A stretch of 64,000 nucleotides of DNA from NCBI GenBank assembly GCA_951813535.1, contig OX638345.1:2899477-2963476 (forward strand), read 5' to 3'. A program made the translations under genes and the position numbers. Positions 18,603 through 25,491 of this stretch are shown piece by piece. This stretch comes from an uncultured Dehalococcoidia bacterium. GTDB lineage: Bacteria; Chloroflexota; Dehalococcoidia; Lucifugimonadales; UBA3495. Within the stretch, counting starts at the first letter, position 1, and each line of letters begins with the position of its first letter. Below the pieces are notes generated by a model that worked only from the letters and a program-made list of their open reading frames with translations, ran no database searches and was not told where the DNA came from.

Positions 18603-19034
18603 TCACTCAGATTGCTCATGGGTGGGAGCCGGGGTGACGGGACCGGTTTCGATTTCCGTTTCATTAACCACGCGGCGAAGAACGTCGTTGATGCGAGCCC
18701 TCCAATCCCCGCCCTTGCGGCGGAAGTGCGTAACGACATCCTGGTCAAGGCTGAGCTCTACGTTCACACGGTTCTGGCCGTTGGTTCGGGCCGCGAGGTA
18801 TGCATTGACCAGGTCAGGGTCGACTTCGATCGCCGGACGCGCCTGGGCGAATTCTGCTTCGATAGGCACCCAACAGTCAGGGTCGGTTGCGATGATAACG
18901 TGGATGGCGACTTGCTCGCCGTAAATGGCCGTGACTTCGGAGAATGTCTTGCCGGCGATTTCATCATAGGGGGGCAATGCGGCGAATTCTTCGGGAGTAA
19001 GGCCGCTGGGTTCATAGCCTTCAGCCATATTCAT
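18603..19034 (-). CDS. brnA: BrnA-type antitoxin (DUF4415) with extended N-terminus
   Basis: C-terminal VNVELSLDQDVVTHFRRKGGDWRARINDVLRRVV matches the DUF4415/BrnA signature (..RLD.DV..WF...G.GYQTRIN..LR). Overlaps brnT by 14 nt. Confidence 0.7.
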   Translation of the reverse strand: MNMAEGYEPSGLTPEEFAALPPYDEIAGKTFSEVTAIYGEQVAIHVIIATDPDCWVPIEAEFAQARPAIEVDPDLVNAYLAARTNGQNRVNVELSLDQDVVTHFRRKGGDWRARINDVLRRVVNETEIETGPVTPAPTHEQSE

Positions 19035-19293
19035 TCACCTCTATTTGGCTGGCGGGACGGAAGCTGATTATGCGCCTGATTTCACCCATTGCACCGCGCC
19101 GAGTGTACACGACAACATACAACCGGGCGTCGAAATAACCGTAAGCCACCCAGCGGGACTCTTCATATCGGTTGCTCGGAACGATGATGGCCGTATCCCG
19201 CTCAAACAGAGATCCTGCATCAGCAAAATCCAGTTCGCGTCCGTCCAGGGTTTCACGGCGTTTATCTTCGTCCCACTCGTATCGGATATTCAT
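19021..19293 (-). CDS. brnT: BrnT-type ribonuclease toxin (DUF497)
   Basis: 90 aa. N-terminal YEWDEDKRRETL and C-terminal IRRIISFRPASQIE match the DUF497 pattern (FEWD..K...N..KHG ... IRIISAR.A...E). Confidence 0.8.
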   Translation of the reverse strand: MNIRYEWDEDKRRETLDGRELDFADAGSLFERDTAIIVPSNRYEESRWVAYGYFDARLYVVVYTRRGAMGEIRRIISFRPASQIEVNEYG

Positions 19294-19310
19294 TGTACCT
19301 TCGCCGGCTC

Positions 19311-19347
19311 GTCAACAAAAACAGGGGCGAATAGTTATTCGCCCCTG
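19311..19347 (-). terminator. rho-independent terminator of the CaiB-family gene
   Basis: Minus strand has CAGGGGCGAATA-ac-TATTCGCCCCTG (12-bp perfect stem, 19347..19322) followed by TTTTTGTTG, 24 nt after the stop at 19372. Confidence 0.7.
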
Positions 19348-19371
19348 TGGGTGCGCTGATGTACAGCCGGG

Positions 19372-20586
19372 TCAGCCAGGCACTTCGTCGTAATGGTGGA
19401 AGGTGCCGATGACGTTGGCCTCGTACATGGCCTGGACTTCGTCCTCAGTATAGTCAAGGATGCCGGTCAGCACGTCTTCGTTGTGCTCGCCCACCTGGGG
19501 AGTGGTTCCGACGACGGCGGGGGTGCGGCTGAAGTGCCAGAAGTCGCCGGAGACGGCGATGGTGCCGGCCAGGAAGTCGTCGACCTCGACCATGGCGCGC
19601 CGCTCCCACGGATGCGGATCGGCGGCGGCCTGGGCGATGGTGTTGACCGGAGCCGCGACCACGTCGTGGTGGGTGAAGTGCGCGATGGCTTCGTGCATGG
19701 TCATGTCGGCCATCAGATCGCGCATGGCCTGGTTGACCAGTTCGCCGTTCGCTCCGCGCTCGTGGCGGGTGGTGAACCGAGGGTCTTCCAGCCACTCGGG
19801 CTTGCCCAGGGCGTTGCAGACGCGGTGCCAGTGGTGCTGGTCGCCGGCGGAAATGAGCACCCAGCCGTCCTTGCACGGATACGTGCCGGACGGGGGCGCC
19901 GCCGACTCGCCGCGCCTGGGCTCGATGCCGGCGCCGTGGTAGGCGGTGATGGGGATTTCGGTATAGCTGTAGCCGGTGTCGGCGAGGCAGGCGTCGATGG
20001 TCTGACCAACGCCGGAACTCTCGCGCTCGTGCAGAGCGGCGAGGGTGCCGATGGCGGCATGGAGCGCCGTGGTACGGTCAATGATGGGCACGCCGGCGCG
20101 GATGGGTGGCATCCCCTCTTCTCCGGTGACCATCGCGATACCGGACATGGTCTGACCGATAGGGTCGTATCCGATCTGCTCGCGGTAGGGCCCGAACTGC
20201 CCGTAGGCCGAGACGTTGACCATGATGATGCGCGGGTTCAGCTCGTAGAGCACGTCGTAGCCGAAGCCCATAGTATCAATGGTGCCGGGCCGGAAGTTTT
20301 GAAGCAGCACGTCAGAGACCTGGACCAGCTTGCGGAGGACTTCCTTGCCACCTTCTTTGCGGAGATCGATGCTGAGGCTCTTCTTGCCACTGTTGTACTG
20401 GACCCAGTAGGCGGACTGCTTGCGGACCCAGGGAGCGTGGTAGCGAGTTTCCTCGCCACCGAGGCGCTCAACCTTGATGACTTCGGCGCCCAAACGGGCC
20501 AGTACCTGGGCGCAGCGGGGGCCGGCCTGGTGCCGACCGAGGTCAATGACGCGTATCCCGTCCAGAGGGCCTTTAGCTTCTGGCAT
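19372..20586 (-). CDS. CaiB/BaiF family (class III) CoA-transferase
   Basis: N-terminal PLDGIRVIDLGRHQAGPRCAQVLARLGAEVIKVE signature. 404 aa. Confidence 0.85.
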   Translation of the reverse strand: MPEAKGPLDGIRVIDLGRHQAGPRCAQVLARLGAEVIKVERLGGEETRYHAPWVRKQSAYWVQYNSGKKSLSIDLRKEGGKEVLRKLVQVSDVLLQNFRPGTIDTMGFGYDVLYELNPRIIMVNVSAYGQFGPYREQIGYDPIGQTMSGIAMVTGEEGMPPIRAGVPIIDRTTALHAAIGTLAALHERESSGVGQTIDACLADTGYSYTEIPITAYHGAGIEPRRGESAAPPSGTYPCKDGWVLISAGDQHHWHRVCNALGKPEWLEDPRFTTRHERGANGELVNQAMRDLMADMTMHEAIAHFTHHDVVAAPVNTIAQAAADPHPWERRAMVEVDDFLAGTIAVSGDFWHFSRTPAVVGTTPQVGEHNEDVLTGILDYTEDEVQAMYEANVIGTFHHYDEVPG

Positions 20587-20677
20587 AACAGATTCTCCTC
20601 AATCGAATGCGTAAACCGGGGTTACGAATGAAGTTCCGCCATTCTACGCCGGCAGGCTTTATTGGGCAAGCGAGCAG

Positions 20678-20687
20678 GTGGCTAACG
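20678..20687. repeat. target-site duplication (left copy) GTGGCTAACG
   Basis: An identical 10-mer directly abuts both IS ends (20678..20687 and 21918..21927). Confidence 0.85.
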
Positions 20688-21917
20688 CAGGGCAATCGCA
20701 TTTCACAGGGATAGGACTTTGAGCAGGTAATCGAAGTCCCATCCGGCTTTTTTGCGTTTGGCCTTGATGCCGACTTTGGCGGTGCGTTCCTGCTTGAGCA
20801 GGTTCAGTGCCAAGTGCCTGATCACTGCCAGGTTCTGGTCAGCGTGGCCGGTCCTCACTCGGCTGTGGTCCTCGTCGAAGGCCACGTCCAGCACCCAGTG
20901 CAGGCTGTTCTCGATGCTCCAGTGGCTTCTGGCCGATGCCAGCAGCGTGGCCGCGTCCGCCGGATAGCTGCAGATGTAGTAGCGGGTATCGGTTGGGGCA
21001 TCGGTGGTAGCGTCCCGTCGGTAGCTGACCCGGGCCACCGCGCCCAGGCTGGCCCATTGGCGCTGGGGGTCCACGTAGGTCAGTTCCTCTGGGTCGGTGA
21101 TCGCCCAGCACTCCCGCCGTTCCAGCCGGCCGTGGTCTTTGCCCACCTGTTGGTGGTGGCTGTAAGCCACACCATCCCATCCTACACGCTCACAGCAGGC
21201 GAACAGGTCCTTGATGTTCTGGTGCAACTCTCCCTGGTTGGCCTTCACCGCCAGCAGGTAGTCAGCGCCCCCCTGCACCACCTGCTGGGCGATGTTCCTC
21301 TGGCAGCCCATGGCGTCTATCGTCACCAGGCAACCCTTCAGTTCCAACACCTTGAGCAGTTCCGGTATCGCCGTGATCTCGTTGGAATGGGCCTCGGTGC
21401 GGGTCTGTCCCAACACCATCCGGTTCTCGGTGGCCCACGCGCTGACCATATGCAGCGCACCTCGGCCGTTGGCCCGGTCATGGCAACCCCGCAGGGTCTT
21501 GCCATCTATCGCCACCACCTCACCCTGGGCCAGTTCACTCACCGAGCGTACCCAGTCCATGAAACAGGCCGAAAACTGCTCCGGGTCCAGCAGACCAAAC
21601 ACCCGACCAAAGGTGTCGTGGGAGGGTATGCCGTTTGGCAACTGCAAGAAGCGGCGGAACCAATCCTCCTTGGCTTTACCGAACTCCTCAATCTCCACCC
21701 AGTTGTCGGCGCAACAGATCACCGCGCAAAGAGTGATGACGATGATGTCCAGCAACTCATGCCTTTTGGCATGTCCGGTTCTCGGGTCTTCCAGCATTCC
21801 AAACCGTTCGGCAATCGAAAGCGGTACATTGTCCATCTCCACCACGCACCTCAGACAATCAGATCGTGGCAACACTTTAGCCCGATTTTTAGAATAATCT
21901 GAAATGCGATTGCCCTG
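20688..21917 (-). mobile_element. ISAs1-family insertion sequence, apparently intact (1230 bp)
   Basis: Perfect 18-bp terminal inverted repeats: CAGGGCAATCGCATTTCA (20688..20705) and its reverse complement (21900..21917). Contains a single transposase ORF and is flanked by a 10-bp direct repeat. Confidence 0.85.
20703..21836 (-). CDS. ISAs1 family transposase (H-repeat-associated type)
   Basis: N-terminus MDNVPLSIAERFGMLEDPRTGHAKRHELLDIIVITLCAVICCADNWVEIEEFG is the DDE_Tnp_1-associated signature, followed by AIDGKTLRG...ITIDAMGCQ...HWSIENSLHWVLDVAFDED. The listed ORF extends to 21875, but ATG 21836 fits family N-termini better. Confidence 0.85.
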   Translation of the reverse strand: MDNVPLSIAERFGMLEDPRTGHAKRHELLDIIVITLCAVICCADNWVEIEEFGKAKEDWFRRFLQLPNGIPSHDTFGRVFGLLDPEQFSACFMDWVRSVSELAQGEVVAIDGKTLRGCHDRANGRGALHMVSAWATENRMVLGQTRTEAHSNEITAIPELLKVLELKGCLVTIDAMGCQRNIAQQVVQGGADYLLAVKANQGELHQNIKDLFACCERVGWDGVAYSHHQQVGKDHGRLERRECWAITDPEELTYVDPQRQWASLGAVARVSYRRDATTDAPTDTRYYICSYPADAATLLASARSHWSIENSLHWVLDVAFDEDHSRVRTGHADQNLAVIRHLALNLLKQERTAKVGIKAKRKKAGWDFDYLLKVLSL

Positions 21918-21927
21918 GTGGCTAACG
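21918..21927. repeat. target-site duplication (right copy) GTGGCTAACG
   Basis: See the left copy. Confidence 0.85.
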
Positions 21928-22063
21928 GTACTGATGGTTGGACTACCATCGGGGAGCGCCAGGGCGGGTGAGCACGAGGATTCGTGGAGGACAGAACGAT
22001 CCCGAGTGAACCCACAGGCGCGTCGGGGAGGCTGGATCGTGCATGTAACAAAATTGAAACGTT

Positions 22064-22136
22064 TTCACAATTTGTTCACTAATATCGGGCCTGTTTTCAC
22101 TTGCTTTTCACAGTTGGTTGCTACGCTGTGTTCACA
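22064..22136 (+). promoter_or_regulatory. array A of five phased TTCAC(A/T) direct repeats
   Basis: TTCAC starts at 22064, 22075, 22096, 22107 and 22131, all in the same orientation, with spacings of 11, 21, 11 and 24 nt. It sits about 95 nt upstream of a small ORF with an AAGGAG RBS. Confidence 0.6.
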
Positions 22137-22229
22137 GATGCGAACGAGGCCAAGCTGGGTTGGCAACACCGAAACGGGAAGCCTCCCCGACCGTCCGCAG
22201 AAAAATCCACACAAGGAGACGACCGCATC

Positions 22230-22349
22230 ATGGGCGCAGCGAAAATCAAAATCGGCAGACTCACCTGGAAGGAATTCGGAATGGTCGCAGTGGCCGGCGC
22301 CTTGCCCGTTGCCGTCCTGGGGCCGGCGCTGATGATCATTGCGCAGTGA
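22230..22349 (+). CDS. 39-aa single-TM peptide (hypothetical)
   Basis: ATG 22230 has AAGGAG 11 nt upstream. Product is MGAAKIKIGRLTWKEFGMVAVAGALPVAVLGPALMIIAQ, a basic N-terminus plus one hydrophobic helix. In frame with the tail of listed ORF 22101..22349. Confidence 0.45.
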   Translation: MGAAKIKIGRLTWKEFGMVAVAGALPVAVLGPALMIIAQ

Positions 22350-23149
22350 CAACAACGACGCGGCGCGACACCAGGAGGGACATCGTCAAATAGCGGTGGA
22401 AGAGGTCCAGATCGGATCAGAAACCATGTCAAACCGGTGGCTCTGCAGGCGCCATAATTCGCCAGGAACAGGGTCTACCATACACCAGCGACGGGCGTGA
22501 ATAAGCGCAGCAGCATCAACACAAGCCAAGTGCTCCGAAACACATAGCGACGGGGCGGGGATAATCAAACAATTCGCATAGGCGCGCCGCAACTGGGGCC
22601 AGTGGGTGATAATGCTCGCTGGCCTCTTCTTCTGTCTTGGAAACCCGAGTATCTCTGCCAAGCCATGGCGAGCCTGGCGTCGTGGAGGTAAGGGCGTACG
22701 CTTTCGAGAACAAGACCGAAATCAGTGCCAGTCAACCCGTACGTCGGCAATGCAACGGGCCGGAGGATACGACGACCTCCGGCCTACCTGCCGGTCGGAT
22801 CCTCCAAGATGAAAAATACGCTGTGCATCCGGCCGCGACCTCCGTGCGAATATCCGCGGCCCGAGGCCGAGAGGTGCGGCGCTCCCCTTCATCCCCGCCG
22901 CGCTGACCAAGTCTGCTCTCCCGTCGGGATTGCCGAGTTTCGCTTGCAATGACAGTTCGAATTCAATGGGTACGGATATGCGTACTTTCGGCGGCAGAGC
23001 CCGGCAGCGTCGCGGACCGCAATGGAGCGGGGCCCAACTATGGGGTCGGAATGTGCGAGTCCAACGTGTCGAACGTTCGTCTTTTTTGCCAGCCAAGACG
23101 CGTGGGCTGACACCATTCTCCAGAGAAACAAGCGCAGTAAATGGGGCAG

Positions 23150-23219
23150 TTCACGTCCCGCAATCGGCCTTTCACGTTATGTTCATACATTTACGCCTGA
23201 TTTTCACTCAGTTTTCACA
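23150..23219 (+). promoter_or_regulatory. array B of five phased TTCAC/TTCAT direct repeats (paralog of array A)
   Basis: Motif starts at 23150, 23171, 23182 (TTCAT), 23203 and 23214, with spacings of 21, 11, 21 and 11 nt. It aligns without indels to array A from the first pair through TTTTCACARTTGRTTGMTAC. Confidence 0.6.
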
Positions 23220-23561
23220 ATTGATTGATACCATCAATATGTGGACGGGGACGAGGCAAGGGTTCAGTCAGGCGGGTGAGTGCGGTATCGCCGAGCCTCG
23301 TCCATTTTCCCAAACGCGGGACTAGCTACCTTCGCGACGATCCTCACCAGCAATTACTGAACGTCAACCCGAGCCGACAGAGGCACGCACACACGGCAAT
23401 GGCCATCCGAGCAGCAGCGCCGCAGCATGATCTCGCCACCACTCGAACGGGCGAAAACTCTTGCAGAACCAGGCAATATCAACAAACGTGAAATACACGA
23501 TTCATACAAGTGTCATTGGGAACGCCACCAGCCTGGCATCATAATTCATCGAGGAGGAACC

Positions 23562-23858
23562 ATGTTTGCAGCGAATGCGCATAAGGGAAGACCGAGAGCG
23601 CCGGTGCCCAGAGGACGCAAGGGGCTTTGGGTGTTGGCGCTGGCCGCGATTGTATTGGTCGCCCTGATGGGCCTGATGATGGCATCAGCAGACCAGACCC
23701 CCTACGGGGCGACGCAAGTATGGTCTGCCGAACCCACAGGAGCGGTCAACACCGAAACATCATCCATGTCCGTGAGTCACCTCATCGGCGGCCACCCTTA
23801 CGGCCAGGATGCGGGAAGCCTTCCGGCGGCTACGCTCATACACGTGGGAGCGCAGTGA
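23562..23858 (+). CDS. 98-aa signal-anchored small protein (hypothetical)
   Basis: ATG 23562 has GAGGAGG 5 nt upstream. Product MFAANAHKGRPRAPVPRGRKGLWVLALAAIVLVALMGLMMA... has a basic N-terminus, one TM helix and a polar tail. In frame with listed ORF 23427..23858. Confidence 0.55.
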   Translation: MFAANAHKGRPRAPVPRGRKGLWVLALAAIVLVALMGLMMASADQTPYGATQVWSAEPTGAVNTETSSMSVSHLIGGHPYGQDAGSLPAATLIHVGAQ

Positions 23859-24317
23859 GGCATCGCCGAATGGATCGTACCGGCGACCGTAAGTTGGCAT
23901 CGCTCCACAGGAGGTGCGCGGCAATATCCACTCAATTCGACCTGAATCACCAAGCCGGAGCCAATAACTTTCGAGGGTTCAATCGGATCTACGGCGGGCT
24001 TTGCCCAGGCAACACACGCCGGTTTGGAGAGAGGGGTGCTAAGCGGACCGACGGCATGGCCATATTGGCGGAGACAATAACTCCTCTTCAGGCCTGAGGT
24101 CCGTGGCGTCGCAAGACGCAGCCGCAAATTGCCATTCGAATTCGGCGCATAAGCCGACCGGGGCCAGCGGGCAATGACGCTCGTTGGCCCCATTGCTTGT
24201 CGAAAGTCGTTACCGGCACGGTGGACCCGGCGGCACGGCGACCGGCGTCGGGCCGTGCTCGATTGCGGCGCCAATACCCGTTTGGGACGAGGCGCAAAGG
24301 ACGAAGCGGAAAACGGG

Positions 24318-25490
24318 CTAACGGTGCCGAGCTCGGGGGTGTTCCATTTGCGACGCCCTTTCCGCCGTCACACTGACGAACCGCTCGGGACGGTATGGGC
24401 CGAGCACCGCGTCGGCACGGGCGCCGTCGCAGATCTCCAGAGCAGCCAGTTGGCTCAACGCCGGCGCGAGCGTGACGCCGCTGTGGGTGAGGGCGACGTA
24501 GAGATTGGAGGCTTCTCGGGCAAAGCCCATGACCGGGTAGCCGTCCAGCGGCATGGGTCTCCAGCCAACGGGCACGGGCACGGCCGCGGCCCCTTTCAAT
24601 CCAGGCAGGTGCTGGCACGCCCTGGCCAGAAGGTCATCGGCGTGGGCCTGGCTGTCGTCTTCGGCGAGGCTTTCCTGATCGCCCTCGCCGATCATGAGGC
24701 GACCGTCCGGACACTGCCGCAGGTGAATCTCGCGGCGGCCGTCTTCCAGTGGAGGGGCGTACACGATTGGTACGTGGTGCAGCAGAGGCGGCATCGGGCT
24801 GGTGCGAATAACGACGCCGGGGCTCTCGGCCTGTGGCACGTGGACGCCGGCCATAGCTGCCACGGCCGTGGTGGCAGTGCCGGCAGCGACGACCACGACG
24901 TCGGCGTCGATGTCGCCGTTGGTAGTCTGGACCGCGCTGACGCGATCCTGGGAGTCTTTGCGCAGCCCCGTGACTTCCACACCGGTAACGACAGAGGCTT
25001 CCAACTCGCGCAGCCGGTTGAGGCAGGCGCCAACCACCATCTGCGGTTCGACTTGCCCTTCGTTTTCGCTGTATTCCGCGGCGGCTACCGGGCCGATGCG
25101 CAGGGCCGGTTCCAGTTCCTGGAGTTCCTCGCGGGAGACCAGGCGGGTGGGATAGCCCCAGGATTGGAGTTGCTGCACCCGGGCGACCAGAGCCTGGGCG
25201 GCATCCGGGTCGGATTCCCAGGACACCTTGCCACCCCAGCGCAGGTCCACGTCTTCGCCCAGGGCTTGGGCGAACCGTGGCCACATCTCCAGCGAGCGGC
25301 GGTTGAGGTTGTGGTAGCCGACCGGTTCCTTGGCGCCAGCGTTGATCCAGGCGAAGCTGTGGCTGGAGGCCCCACCGCCGGGTTGGCCCCGGTCAATGAT
25401 CGTGACGCGGATGCCCCGGGAGGCCACGCGCCAGGCGATGGAAGCTCCAACGATGCCGGCGCCGATGACTACAACGTGTCTTGCGTTCAT
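24318..25490 (-). CDS. FAD-dependent oxidoreductase (DAO/glycine-sarcosine oxidase-like)
   Basis: N-terminal HVVVIGAGIVGASIAWRVASRG dinucleotide fold. ATG 25490 lies 1 nt after the MoxR stop. Confidence 0.8.
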   Translation of the reverse strand: MNARHVVVIGAGIVGASIAWRVASRGIRVTIIDRGQPGGGASSHSFAWINAGAKEPVGYHNLNRRSLEMWPRFAQALGEDVDLRWGGKVSWESDPDAAQALVARVQQLQSWGYPTRLVSREELQELEPALRIGPVAAAEYSENEGQVEPQMVVGACLNRLRELEASVVTGVEVTGLRKDSQDRVSAVQTTNGDIDADVVVVAAGTATTAVAAMAGVHVPQAESPGVVIRTSPMPPLLHHVPIVYAPPLEDGRREIHLRQCPDGRLMIGEGDQESLAEDDSQAHADDLLARACQHLPGLKGAAAVPVPVGWRPMPLDGYPVMGFAREASNLYVALTHSGVTLAPALSQLAALEICDGARADAVLGPYRPERFVSVTAERASQMEHPRARHR

Positions 25491-25491
25491 G

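Noticed and set aside
22386-22906. Medium ORFs inside the island: 22386..22661 - (91 aa), 22637..22906 + (89 aa), 22722..23096 - (124 aa), 23627..24097 + (156 aa).
   Set aside because: They have no Shine-Dalgarno sequence, use non-ATG starts, overlap one another, and have Arg/Pro-rich composition with no motifs.
22945-22975. tRNA-like T-loop strings: GTTCGAATTC at about 22955, GGGTTCAATCGG at about 23966 and CATTCGAATTCGG at about 24133.
   Set aside because: The flanking bases do not form the 5-bp T-stem or an acceptor stem. No cloverleaf can be drawn.
22050-23230. TTTTCACA repeats read as DnaA boxes, with the island read as oriC.
   Set aside because: The best alignment to TTATCCACA is only 6 to 8 of 9 positions, and the motif is effectively one base short. 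All copies share one orientation with a strict 11-bp pair spacing. There is no dnaA or dnaN nearby and no obvious AT-rich unwinding element. I cannot fully exclude it without a whole-chromosome skew analysis.
24315-24326. GGCTAACGGT occurs at the right edge of the island (24316..24325) and at the IS target site (21920..21929), suggesting att-like direct repeats bounding the island.
   Set aside because: The match is only 10 nt. The right copy lies within the stop-codon region of the FAD-oxidoreductase gene, and there is no integrase or tRNA. Chance occurrence in 64 kb is not negligible.
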